Assembly (NCBI GenBank): GCA_964016885.1
Contig: OZ024741.1
Span: forward strand, 359,786,001 to 359,850,000
Reading direction: 5' to 3'
DNA length: 64,000 bases
Source: Eledone cirrhosa
Taxonomy: Eukaryota
Shown here: one piece after another, positions 12,990 through 25,492 of the stretch
Layout: each line of letters starts with the position of its first letter
Position numbering within the stretch: the stretch's first letter is position 1
The notes under the pieces: generated by a model
Databases searched by the model: none
What the model was told of the DNA's origin: nothing
The model's input: only the letters and a program-made list of their open reading frames with translations
Program-made: the position numbers and the translations under genes

Positions 12990-13178
12990 GAGAAAGTATG
13001 ACCCCGACGGCAGAGCTCAAGCCGTTTCGACGGCTATTTCAGTCCAGAAATAGCCGTCGAAACGGCTTGAGCTCTGCCGTCGGGGTCATACTTTCTCCTA
13101 TTACCCCCTCTACTACCCTAAGTATTGAGTACTCTGGTGCGTTATGGTCCATCTGGTTCCTTACCACAACTCCTCCAT

Positions 13179-13180
<2 letters not shown>
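12990..13180 (+). repeat. Perfect 51-bp-arm hairpin (12990-13097) plus 3' tail, flanked by (TA)n; carries a hammerhead 3' half
   Basis: Loop AGTCCA 13041-13046; GAAACGGC-ttgagctct-GCCGTC^ at 13059-13081. The tail GCGTTATGGTCCA.CTGGTTCCTTA recurs inverted at 32115-32160. Confidence 0.85.
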
Positions 13181-13210
<30 letters not shown>

Positions 13211-13364
13211 ACAGATGCAAGACAAATCACAACAGAAACATAAACTCTCCATCTCAATTTTACTTTTGAAAATCATAAGAACTGTGAAGCCAGTAAAGTA
13301 AATAAATATTCTTAAAAAGACTCCAGCTGCATTTTCAATATATATATATATATATATATTGTTA

Positions 13365-15098
13365 TACTTTGGGAGAGTCATGTTGCCAATGAGAAACAGA
13401 CGCACCAGTTGCTTTCACTTCAATTTATTATAAATTTCATAAATATAAATTTCCGGTTGGCTGGTTGGTTCCACAACCGGATGGTTGTTCATATATTGTC
13501 AAAGTTCTTTCGTCACACATTCTGTGACCTCTTCAGTGACTGGGGATTCTTTTCTTTGTTTTGTGCCTCTCCTTTGTTCTGTCCTACGCCATCTTGTTTT
13601 TGTGTGTGTTGTGTGCTTAGTTTGTGCATGTGTTACATCCGGGTGTCTGTGTGTGTTTTTATTTGTTTATTTATTTGTTTATTTACATGTGACTAGTTAG
13701 TTGTTTGTTCTATGTGTGTGTGTTTTCATTTTGTGCTTAATTATAAGTTGTGATGTTGCTATTTCATTCATGTTTTCTATTTAATTTTGGTTGGAGTTCA
13801 TTTATGTTTATTGCCTCTGTGATTTGTCTAAGCATTGCGTCTTTTCTGTGTGTAGATTCTATTTTTATCTCTATGTTCTCTAATTTGCCCTTATGTTCTA
13901 TTTTAGCATGTTGGTGGAGTATTGATGAGTCTTTTCTATCTTGGAGTTCTCGCCAGTGTTCATTTAATCGTTCTCCTATGCTATGAGCTGTCTCACCTAT
14001 ATACATTATATTCTTATGTTTACATTGTCCCTCAGTACATCTAATGCTATATACTATGTTTCTAGTTTTACAGTTAATACGGGAGCTTAGCTTACAGATT
14101 ATGCATTTCCTATCTATACAGGGAGGTCTTTGAAAAGGTATGTATTACTAATTAGTGTTTTTATGGAGGTACCTGGTCTTTCCACTATCTTAATATTTAG
14201 TTTAAGTTTATCTAGGGCCCTTCTAAATTTGTAAGCTAGTTCACCTCTAGGGGTTGTATTGATGAACATTACACTCTGGTATTTATTGCTATCATACCAT
14301 GAGTTTATTTTATTAACCTTATTCCTAGTTATTTCTATTCTATTCCAAAATTTGCTCCTATACAAGGGGCAGGTCCCATTTGTATCATTATTTACCATTT
14401 TTTCCCATTTGGTTCTGGCTCCTCTATATACTCTGATTTTATCTCTCTGATTGTAACCAGAGAACTGCATACGGTGGATGAAGTGTTGTATGTGTCTCTC
14501 TAGTTCTTTGGGGTTGCACATGCGGGACACGTTTCTCATCACCCGTACCAAATCTGCAATCAGTATGTTGATTTTGGTGTGATCCAAAACAGCTGAGTTT
14601 CGGTGGATCAGGTATTTGGAAGTCATGGGTTTGGCATAATGGGAATGGAGGATTTGTTTTTTGTTATTAATGGTTTCTAACCAGAGCTCTGTGTCTAGTA
14701 CAGGTAATCGATGGTTGGGGTGTTTGCTTGGGTAGTCTATAGTAACTTTGATATTCTGGTGGAAGGAGTTAGCTATTTGCTGGATGCTTTCCATAGTGTT
14801 TTTATCTAATTCCTGATTGTTCTCTAGTGGGGGTGTTTTTACTACAATGTTTATATCATCAACGTAGCGGGAGTAGATTATCAGGGTTAAGAGATTGTTG
14901 TCTTTTAATTGTTTCTTAAGTTTATTGTCCCACCATACCATAAATAGGTTAGCTATGTCACCTGCAATGCTAACGCCAATGGCTGCTCCCTCCTCTTGGG
15001 CATATGTTTTTTCATTAAATTTGAACATATGTTCCTTAAGGGTTAGTTTTATACTGGCCGCCACCGCATGTGCGATCATCTTCTATAGTTCATCATGG
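13365..15098 (-). mobile_element. Penelope-like retroelement (Neptune-like), 5'-truncated: RT core and thumb (14114-15079), one frameshift near 14130, Cys-rich linker plus GIY-YIG endonuclease (to stop at 13764), 3' UTR with hammerhead
   Basis: GAAIGVSIAGDIANL, RYVDD, LPVLD, KPMTS, SGY; then CIIC..CKTRNIVYSIRC..YIGET..ERLNEH..RQITEA..LN. Both ends are in (TA)n. Clade assignment is inference. Confidence 0.9.
13498..13540 (-). ncRNA. Minimal type I hammerhead ribozyme motif in the Penelope-like 3' UTR
   Basis: Reverse complement GTCA CTGAAGA G GTCAC agaatgt GTGAC GAAA GAAC TT^ TGAC; AATAAA about 70 nt downstream (13424-13429). Confidence 0.8.
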
Positions 15099-15181
15099 TA
15101 TATATATATATACTCTGCTCTGTAAGAGCATAGAGTGCTCAACCGGCATACCGCCTATGGAAGCATCTTAGCTACCATCAG

Positions 15182-15229
<48 letters not shown>

Positions 15230-15446
15230 GATGGTCATGGGCTCCGTCAATTCAACGTATGAGGGTTCAACAATCTTTTCAGTTTATTGTCTCATGTTTA
15301 TACCTCAAATGGCAGTTCAGTCCAGCTGCTGATTTACACATCAATCCACATTTGGTGCAAGTGACAGGATCTTGAACAGAGCAGGCTGGAATGTTTGACC
15401 GAACTCTGGTGTCAGATCTTATCTCACAGAGGTGGGCTAAAGGTGA

Positions 15447-15537
<91 letters not shown>

Positions 15538-15564
15538 TGGGCTAAAGGTGATTTTTCTCCCTCT

Positions 15565-15612
<48 letters not shown>

Positions 15613-15614
<2 letters not shown>

Positions 15615-15950
15615 AGGTCCATGGCTTAGTGGTTAGAGCATTGGCCTTGCACTCGAAAGGTTGTGAGTTCAATTCTCAGAACGGCTGATGTGTTGTTTCC
15701 TTGAGCAAGACACTTTATTTCACATTGCTCCAGTTTACTCAGCTGTAGAAATGAGATGATTGGGACTGGGGTCCATATCATTCCACTGCAAAGTGGTCGT
15801 GCAGGTGCCACGGTAAAAAAGCACCCACCACTCACTGTAAATGAGGTTGGTGTTAGGAAGGGCATCCAGCTGTAGAAATCAAGCCAGCATCAATTCCTGT
15901 CCCACCCTTGCAAGCAGGGAAAAGCAGATGTAAAATGAAATGATGATGAT
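15613..15950 (+). mobile_element. Full-length tRNA-derived CORE-like SINE with RTE-derived 3' end
   Basis: A-box TGGCTTAGTGG, B-box GAGTTCAATTC, CORE-like CCTTGAGCAAGACACTTT..CTCAGCTGTAGAAATG; the 3' half is shared with RTE 3' UTRs and ends in (GAT)n. Confidence 0.85.
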
Positions 15951-15961
15951 ATATAAATATT

Positions 15962-16379
15962 CTAAGGCGGGTAAAATTCCCAGAGGTCTCTGTCCCTCAT
16001 TATCGCTGCCATGTCCTGCGTCTCCAACAGACCAGTGTCTGTCCTTAGGGCATCAACATACGTTAACCTTGGTCTTCCTCTTCTAGTGTGTCCATGTAGG
16101 GGCTCCCAAAGGAGCACTGAGTGCAATGTCAACTCTGGATGTCGGTGAGCATGTCCAGCTAACCTCAGTCTCCTCTGTGTCACTTTTGAGCTGACTTTTG
16201 GGAAGCTCCCATACAGCTCTGAGTTTTTCATCCTCAGTGTATACTGATTAATGTTCAGAGCCATCCTCAACATTCTCGTGTAGCACCCATCCACCATCTG
16301 AGTGAGTTTCTTGGTCAGTGTCCAAGTCTCAGACCCATACAGCAGCACAGACTCCACTACAGCAATGAAGAGCAGCCTG
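15962..16379 (-). mobile_element. RTE-clade LINE family B, non-inverted 3' segment (ORF C-terminus)
   Basis: RLLFIAVVESVLLYGSETWTLT..RMLR..RRLRLAGHAHRH..RGRPRLTYVD..DRDLW. Confidence 0.9.
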
Positions 16380-18946
16380 GTCATTATGACTGCTGGCTTA
16401 GAGCCACAGAGAGGGCCAGTGGATGATGGATCAGCTGTCTCTGAGACAAATATAAAGAATGCAGTTTTCTCCTGCAGAAGAGCCATCAAAATGGGCACTT
16501 TGAATGAGAGGACTATTCGGACGCTGGAGAAGAGAGAGGAGTTGGGACATCTGTTTGAGGAGAGTGGTATACAGATATTTGCGATCCAAGAACACAGGAT
16601 CCTACACGATGAGCCCGTGAGGAGTGTGATGATCGGGAAGAGGAGCCAGCTCATCACTACATCGGCAGTGAAGAACACAACAAATGCTGCAGTGGGAGTG
16701 GGTTTTGTGTTCAGTGCAGGAACCAATCTGTTGGTGAGAGAAATAATGCCTATCTCCCCGCAATGGAAACCCAAGACTGACAGTCATCTTAGCCTATAGT
16801 CCAACCGAGGGGGACAGTGATGTGAGTGTGGAAGAGTTCCATGAGGAGGTATGTAGAGCTGTCAACACCACTCAGGCACACAATATCCTGCTTGTTTTGG
16901 GGGACTTCAATGCACATCTGAGTAAGGAGGACAGTGAAGATCCTTTCTGGTACTTCCATAACAACACCAACCGAAATGGAAGACTACTGAGAGACACCCT
17001 GCTGGAGGCAAACTTGATGGCGACCAACCTAAGGTTTAGGAAGAATCTGGGGAAGATGTGGACCTACATCTCAGATATGCATCTGTCCAAGTCCCAGATT
17101 GATTTCATTCTGGTGAGGAAAAAGTGGCGGAATAGTGTTCTGAACACGGAACCATACAGCTATTTCAGTACACTGGGTAGTGACCACCGGCTTGTTATGA
17201 GTGAGGTCTGGGTGAGCTTAAGAAAGGGCAAGGCTCGGCCCCGGAGAGCAATCTATGATGGGGAGCTTTCAAGGAAGATGATAAGTTACAGGAGAGGTTC
17301 ACAGTGGAAGTGAGAAACAGGTTTAGTGCTCTGTGTGGAGAGTCAGAGGAGAGAGAGATTGGATGAACTGAGGAGAGTGTGACGAGGAGGTACGGGCACT
17401 TCACCAATGCAGTGGCGGAAGCAAGTGAAACCCTGGTGCTGAGGAAAAAGAACAAAAGGAAGCACGTCAGCTCTGCAAACCCAAAAGTGTGTGCAGCCAG
17501 AGAACACCTGAAAGCTGCCAAGGACCAATTCTATGCTGATCCTACGGAGGAGAGGATGGAGACTATGGAGGTGATGAGGGAAGAACTCTGTACCGCTTAC
17601 ACTGAGGTCAGAGAGGAGGCACTGATAGAGAAGACCAGAAGTGTGGAGAGAGCGGTTGACAGATCTGGATGTAAGGAGAGCTGGATGATCATCAACGAGA
17701 TCACAGGGAGGAAGAGAAGGTGTTCGAGTAAGATCCAGGGAACGGGGCCCGAGGATAGGAAGAGGAAATGGCTAGACCATTTTAGGACCCTACTAGGAGA
17801 GCCACCCTCCACAGCCCAGAGCACTGGGGAGATCAGGCGGCTGTTTGAGGAACTGGATGTTGAGACAGAGCCCTTCACCAGAGAGGAGCTTCAGAGAGCC
17901 AAGAAGAGGATCAAGGAGGGCAAGGCTCATGGAGAAGATGGAGTGGCATCAGAGGTGATGAAGAGGTGTGATTTTGATGATATCATCCTGGGGTTCTGTA
18001 ACGGGGCACTGGAGAAAGGAGTTGCCCCGAATCAGTGGAGGATCAGTAACATCGTCCCAGTGCCAAAGAAAGGAGATCTCTCTAACACCAACAACTACAG
18101 GTGGATCTCACTGACGTCACTTGTGGCAAAGACCCTCAACAGGATGATTCTTAACAGGATCCAGCCTGAGATGGAGAAGAAGCTCAGGGACAACCAGAAC
18201 GGCTTCAGAGAGGGTAGATCAACCACCAGTCACATCCTGATGCTGAGGAGGATATTAGAGGGAGCTAGAGCAAAGTGCATACCTGCGGTCATGGTTTTCA
18301 TTGACTTTAGGAAGGCCTTTGATTCTGTGGACCGTTACTGCCTGATGAAGATCTTACACGCTTATGGAATTCCCAAGAAGATAGTGGACCTGATATCACT
18401 GCTCTACACCAACACCAAAGCCCAAGTCATTACACCTGATGGGATGACAGAGTTCTTTGAGATACTGGCTGGAGTGCTCCAGGGAGATACATTGGCTCCC
18501 TACCTTTTTATCATCGTAGTGGACTATTGTATGTGCCTTGCACTGGAGAAACACCAGGACTCTGGCTTTACTGTAGCACCGGCTCAGAGCAGGAGAGTTA
18601 GGGCGAAAAAGGTATCGGATGCTGAATTTGCCGACGACATAGTTTTGGTGACAAATACAGTGAAGGAGGCAGAGGATTTGATGCGGGAGGTTGAGACTGT
18701 GTCGATGAGTGTGGGGCTGAGAATGAATGAGACTAAAACAAAATATCTGGTAGAGAATGTTGAGAAGCCAGAGGGGATCACTAATGTAGGCGGGAAGCCG
18801 CTAGAATTGGTTGAGGGCTTCCTGTATTTGGGAGCAAAGATTGGGAATACGGAAGATGATGTGGTTGAGAGGAAGAGCAAGGCCTGGGCGGCGTGCCACA
18901 GCTTGAGATCGGTGTGGAAGTCGGACCTTCGTAGAGACCTGAAAAT
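16380..18946 (+). mobile_element. RTE-clade LINE family B, inverted 5' segment: APE endonuclease plus complete RT (frameshifted)
   Basis: ATG at 16386; GTLN, IQEHR, LGDFNAH, IDFIL, SDHR (APE); IDFRKAFD, GVLQGDTLAP, FADD, FLYLG (RT). Ends at DLRRDLK-I against (TA)n. Confidence 0.92.
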
Positions 18947-19817
18947 ATATAAATATATATATGTATATATATACATATAAATATATATATATATATATAT
19001 AGTTAAAAGAATAGAGGTGTAACACACAAGTTATTATATATTGGTAAACGGAATAGAAAATGCTGACAAATTGTTCACAGTTGAAAAATGGTTTAATTGG
19101 GAATAAAAGAGTATTAGTGATTGTATGGGTTAGTATTCAGTTGTGGTTTTAAGTTTTTAAGTTTTTACCGGTTGCGCATTTCTAAATGTGCTTTTCAAAA
19201 ATAATTTTGAGATAGAGTGTCCGTGCTGTTTGCTCTGATCTGATTAGTTTTGGGAATTCTACCTGTTTTTATGTTAAAAAAGTGGCTCCAATTTGCAAAA
19301 ATTCTTGTGGTCAAAACAATTTTGATTGGTCGGTAGAGGTCATGTGAATATAAAAAATTGATTTTGCGCCAAGACTGTTTTTATGTTAAAAAAGTGGCTC
19401 CAGCAAAAATTCTTGTGGTCAAAACAATTTTGATTGGTCGGTAGAGGTCATGTGAATAAAAAACTGGTTTTGCGCCAAGATTGAGAAATGACTCTTTCAC
19501 AACAAATATGTGTGTGTGTGTGTGTGTAGTAGTAGTAGTAGTAGTAAGGTGTTCGATGTTGTGATAATGGTTAGCAGCGATGTGTGTCAAATGGCAATTA
19601 AGATAAGTGTGTGTGTGTGTGTCTGTGTGTATAGCAGAGTAATTCCTGGTGGCAGGGATGGTCAGTAAGAATGTGTCTGAAAGCAATGGGGGGTATTTTA
19701 GCGTGTGTGTGTGTGTGTGTATGTGTGTGTGTGTGTGTGTGTGTGTAGTAGTAGTAGTAAGGTGTTCGATGCTGCGACAATGGCCAGCAGCGATGTGTGT
19801 CAAATGGCTATTAAGAT

Positions 19818-19914
<97 letters not shown>

Positions 19915-20187
19915 GCAGAGTCATTCGAAGGTCAAAAGATATTTTTCAGCTTTTGTCTTATACGGAGAAGTGCGTGTGTGTGTGGTGTCTATATATAAGT
20001 CTCTTTGTATGTTGATGTACACGTGTGTGTGTGTGTGGGTGGACCAGTATTTTTTTCCCCCTGGTAAAATGGTGTACATTATTCGATTTTTTCAGTAAAA
20101 TCGGTTCTCTTAATAGAACATCAAAAATCTTAACAATAAAAGGTGTGAAATGATATTCACTATATATATATACACACACACATATAT

Positions 20188-20235
<48 letters not shown>

Positions 20236-20367
20236 TATATGCACATATATCTTTTTGTGTTGCACCATAGAGCATGTGTGTTTACGTATCTCATTGTGTT
20301 TATATGTGGGTAGAGATGTGTGCTGATGTAGGTATGTATGTTGACGTGTGTATGTTGTGGGTTCGTC

Positions 20368-21398
20368 TTAGGGAGAAGTGTTTAGACGGGGTCCGTATTT
20401 GTTAATGAAGTAAGATTCCTTGCTGATGCGCTGGGTGTGGGTGGCATTATCTTTAAATTTGTAGAGGGGAAAGATTCTGAAGTTGGGATGATTTTGGGCG
20501 GCACAAGTATCAATGTGTTCACTCAGTGGTATTTTCCTGTATTCCCGTATTTTGATTTGGGATCTATGGACAGTCATGCGTTGGCGGAGGCTGTTTTTGG
20601 TCTGGCCTATGTATTGTTCTCGACAACCTGAACAAGTTAATACATATATTAGATTTTCCGATGCACATGTGAAATTGTGTTTTACTATAAAACGTTGTCC
20701 ATCTTTGAAATAGAATTCCGAACCCTCTATTAGGTTGATGCAAATGCCACAGTTGGGCCTATCGCATTTTTTTACTGTGGGTTTCGTTGTTGTGGTTGGC
20801 AGTACTTTGGCATGTGTTAAGATGTTTTTCATTGACTTGGATTGTCTTTTGCTCTTTATGATATCGTGTGTTCGTAGAATTTGGTTCATTCTATGGTCCT
20901 TTTTCAATACAGGGATGTTCTGGAGGATGGTGTCAAAGGCCTCATTGTTGAGGGGGTTGTGTGTGGAGATGTATGGAAGAGCTTTTAGTTTTGGTTGATT
21001 TACTTTAGGGTGTCTAAGGTCCTGGGTACTGAGTTTTAGGGCACGTTGGATTCCATTGTCAATTAGTGATGCAGGGTAGTCCCTGCCTATGAGTGTGTCC
21101 TTTAGTTCTTGTAGCCGTAAGTAGCAGATGTTTTTATTGGAGACTATAGTACAGATTCTCTTGGCTAAGTTGTAGGGAATATTAATTTTAACGTGTCTAG
21201 GGTGGCAAGAGTTGAAGGGGAGATATTGCTTGGAGTCTGTGGGCTTGTAGTATATGTCTGTTTCTATTTTTTTGTTATGGATCTTAATGAGGATGTCGAG
21301 GAAGGGGAGTTGTTGATGGCTGTATTCCATCGTGAAGTTAATATTTGTGTTGAGCCCATTTATAAGGGTGTGAAATTCTTTAAGTTTTTCGATGTTGG
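20368..21398 (-). CDS. Penelope-like RT C-terminus/thumb plus GIY-YIG endonuclease, open frame but 5'-truncated (YxDD absent)
   Basis: NINFTME..LPFLD..YYKPTD..SCHP; linker CDRPNCGIC; NLIYVLTCSGCREQYIGQT..RMTVH..ESYFI..LN. Confidence 0.9.
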
Positions 21399-21431
21399 TG
21401 CAACACAAAAAGATATATGTGCATATATATA

Positions 21432-21481
<50 letters not shown>

Positions 21482-22218
21482 TAAACGGAATAGAAAATGC
21501 TGACAAATTGTTCACAGTTGAAAAATAGTTTAATTAGGAATAAAAGAGTATTAGTGATTGTATGGGTTAGTATTCAGTTGTGGTTTTAAGTTTTTAAGTT
21601 TTTACCGGTTGCGCATTTCTAAATGCTCTTCAAAAATAATTTTGAGATAGAGTGTCCGTGCTGTTTGCTCTGATCTGATTAGTTTTGGGAATTCTACCTC
21701 TTTTTATGTTAAAAAAATGGCTCCAGCGTTATTTTTGTGTTGCAAAAATGCTTGTGGTCAAAACAATTTTGATTGGTCGGTAGAGGTCATGTGAATGTAA
21801 AAAGTTGATTTTGCGCCAAGACTGTTTTTATGTTAAAATGTTAGAAAAGTGGCTCCAGCAAAAATTATGGTCAAAACAATTTTGATTGGTCGGTAGAGGT
21901 CATGTGGATAAAAAATTGGTTTTGCGCCAAGATTGAGAAATGACTCTTTCACAACAAATGTGTGTGTGTGTGTGTGTGTGTAGTAGTAGTAGTAGTAAGG
22001 TGTTCGATGCTGCGACAATAGCCACCAGCGATGTGTGTCAAATGGCTATTAAGATAAGTGTGAGTGTGTGTGTGTGTGTGTGTGCGTACATACACACAGC
22101 AGAGTCATTCGAAGGTCAAAAGATATTTTTCAGCTTTTGTCTTATACGGAGAAGTGCGTGTGTGTGTGTGTGTATAAGTCTCTTTGTATGTTGATGTACG
22201 CGTGTGCATGTGTTTGTG

Positions 22219-22255
<37 letters not shown>

Positions 22256-22382
22256 GTGGGTGGACCAGTATTTTTTTCCCCCCTGGTAAAATGGTGTACA
22301 TTATTCGATTTTTTCAGTAAAATCGGTTCTCTTAATAGAACATCAACAATCTTAACAATAAAAGGTGTGAAATGATATTCAC

Positions 22383-22431
<49 letters not shown>

Positions 22432-22637
22432 TTTCACTACATATATATATATATATATATATACATATATACATACATATATATGCACATATATTTTTTT
22501 GTATTGCACCATAGAGCATGTGTGTTTACGTGTGTCATTGTGTTTATATGTGGGTAGAGATGTGTGCTGATGTAGGTATGTATGTTGACGTGTGTATGTT
22601 GTGGGTTCGTCTTAGGGAGAAGTGTTTAGACGGGGTC

Positions 22638-22672
22638 TTGAAAAGCATTTAGAAATGCGCAACCGGTAAAAA
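22638..22672 (+). ncRNA. Atypical minimal hammerhead motif (other copies: 19162-19202 minus, 21599-21636 minus, 23548-23586 plus)
   Basis: TTGAAAA GCATT taga AATGC GCAA CCGG TA^ AAAA. Palindromic ACCGGT stem III; the other copies add a T-run for stem I. Located about 160 nt from the element 3' end. Confidence 0.6.
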
Positions 22673-23837
22673 CTTAAAAACTTAAAACCACAACTGAATA
22701 CTAACCCATACAATCACTAATACTCTTTTATTCCTAATTAAACCATTTTTCAACTGTGAACAATTTGTCAGCATTTTCTATTCCGTTTACCAATATATAA
22801 TAACTTGTGTGTTACACCTCTATTCTTTTAACTATATATATATATATATATATATATAGTGAATATATGTGTGTGTGTATATATTTATATAGTGAATATC
22901 AATTCACACCTTTTATTGTTAAGATTTTTGATGTTCTATTAAGAGAACCGATTTTACTGAAAAAAATCGAATAATTTACACCATTTTACCAGGGGGAAAA
23001 AAATACTGGTCCACCCACACACACACACACACACATATATACACACACACATACACACGCGTACATCAACATACAAAGAGACTTATATATACACACCACA
23101 CACACACGCACTTCTCCGTATAAGACAAAAGCTGAAAAATATCTTTTGACATGCTAAAATACCCCCCATTGCTTTCAGACACATTCTTACTGACCATCCC
23201 TGCCACCACGAATTACTCTGCTATACACACACACACACACATATTTGTTGTGAAAGAGTCATTTCTCAATCTTGGCGCAAAACCAATTTTTTATTCACAT
23301 GACCTCTACCGATCAATCAAAATTGTTTTGACCACAAGAATTTTTGCTGGAGCCACTTTTTTAACATAAAAACAGTCTTGGCGCAAAATCAATTTTTTAT
23401 ATTCACATGACCTCTACCGACCAATCAAAATTGTTTTGACCACAAGAATTTTTGCAAATTGGAGCCACTTTTTTAACATAAAAACAGGTAGAATTCCCAA
23501 AACTAATCAGATCAGAGCAAACAGCACGGACACTCTATCTCAAAATTATTTTTGAAAAGCATTTAGAAATGCGCAACTGGTAAAAACTTAAAAACTTAAA
23601 ACCACAACTGAATACTAACCCATACAATCACTAATACTCTTTTATTCCTAATTAAACCATTTTTCAACTGTGAACAATTTGTCAGCATTTTCTATTCCGT
23701 TTACCAATATATATATATATATATATATATAAATATATATATATATATGACTCGCTAGAAGGCGTGCTTTAGGAATCTTCCCCCACGACCAAATCGCCCC
23801 CTCCATTAATAAGTGGGTGAAGAGATATATATATATA

Positions 23838-23880
<43 letters not shown>

Positions 23881-23896
23881 ATATATGTATGTATGC

Positions 23897-24377
23897 ACCT
23901 CTCTAAGACAATGTCACTGGGCTGAGATCTTTGGCGCTACGCAGTAATACAGAAGACCCGCCTTGCCTATGTGCAAAGCGAAACCTACAGTCAGTAGGCA
24001 CCTCTTAACCAAATATACACTCCAATCCACTACCCTACCCTATCCTCCTGCCCCCACTAACCCCACCCTCTCTCTATAAAGTTGGTACCACAACATCCAG
24101 TCCAAATAAATGAGATAATGAGATCGAGGTCGTGTAGGTGTCACAACAAAAAGACATACAGTCCACGCTGTAATGTGGCCGTGTAGGTAACACGGTAAAA
24201 AGTTCCCAGTTCCACACTGTAAATGTGGTTGGTGTTAGGAAGGGCATCCAGCCGTAGAAAACCTGCCAGATAGTCCTATATGAGCGAGACACGGTCACCC
24301 GACCAACCTTGACTCAAATTGGGACAACTCCCGTCTAACCCATGCTAGCGTGGAAAATGGACGTTAAACGATGATGA
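23897..24377 (+). mobile_element. RTE family A-related 3' end (diverged subfamily), in (TA)n
   Basis: CACCTCTCTAAGACAATGTCACTG...GGAAGGGCATCCAGCCGTAG...CCATGCTAGCGTGG..GACGTTAAACGATGATG. Confidence 0.85.
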
Positions 24378-24389
24378 CGTATATATATG

Positions 24390-24450
<61 letters not shown>

Positions 24451-24518
24451 GTATATGTATATATATTTATATATATATGTATATATATATGTGTGTATAT
24501 ATATATATATGTATATAT

Positions 24519-24550
<32 letters not shown>

Positions 24551-24589
24551 TATTATATATATTATATATATATATATTATATATATATA

Positions 24590-25145
24590 TGTGCAAGGCA
24601 ATAAAAATAGACGGTAGCCACGGAGTAGGCAGACCCAGAAAAACCTGGGACGACTTGATAAATTCCGACCTCACACACTTATACCTCTCCAAGACAATGT
24701 CACTGAACCGAGATCTTTGGCGGTACTCAGTAATACAGAAGACCCGCCTTACCTAAGTTCAAAGTGAAACCTACTACAGTCAGTAGGCACCTCTAACAAA
24801 ATACACCCCGTCCCACTACCCCCACCCTATCCACACCACCCCTTTCAATGTAAAGTTATGTTGGTACCACAACATCCAGCCCGAAACAAACGAGGTCGTG
24901 TAGGTGTCACGACAAAAAACACACAGTCCACGCTGTAATGTGGCCGTGTAGGTAACCCGGTAAAAACCTCCCAGTCCCACACTGTAAATGTGGTTGGTGT
25001 TAGGAAGGGCATCCAGCTGTAGAAAACCTGCCAGACAGTCCTATGTGAGCAAGACAACCACTCTTGCCTCAAGTGGGAAAACTCCCGTCCAAACCCATGC
25101 AAGCGTGGAACATGGACGTTAAACGATGATGATGGTGATGATGAT
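24590..25145 (+). mobile_element. RTE family A, heavily 5'-truncated copy in (TA)n
   Basis: [24 protein letters not shown] stop, full 3' UTR and (GAT)n tail. Confidence 0.92.
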
Positions 25146-25492
25146 ATATATTATATATATATGTATATATATATTATTAAAATAACAGATTATATTATAT
25201 ATATATATAATATATATTATATATATGTATACATATATTATATATTATATGTATATATATATATATTAATTCAAAATATATTATATGTATATATATATAT
25301 TATATATATATATATAATATATATATATACATATAATATATATATATATAATATGTATATACATATATATATACATATATATATAATATATGTATATATA
25401 TATTATATATATGTATATATATATATTATATATATATATTAATTCAATATATATATATATATATTATATGTATATATATATTATATATATAT

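Larger units (their letters stand above)
19003..23708 (-). mobile_element. Composite Penelope-like insertion (Penelope/Poseidon-like): truncated ORF with 3' UTR (19003-21398), upstream direct pseudo-LTR (21478-22637), two inverted pseudo-LTR pieces (22638-22833, 22858-23708, plus strand)
   Basis: The same UTR blocks occur four times. The last 27 nt of the ORF are repeated at 22611-22637. The UTR is rich in (CA)n/(TA)n and the outer ends lie in (TA)n. Confidence 0.9.

Noticed and set aside
15613-15690. Possible tRNA gene
   Set aside because: A and B boxes are present, but there is no convincing cloverleaf and it continues into a SINE body and LINE tail.
24345-25442. Many YIYI/CVCV/THTH ORFs here and elsewhere
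   Set aside because: They are translations of (TA)n, (TG)n and (CA)n microsatellites.
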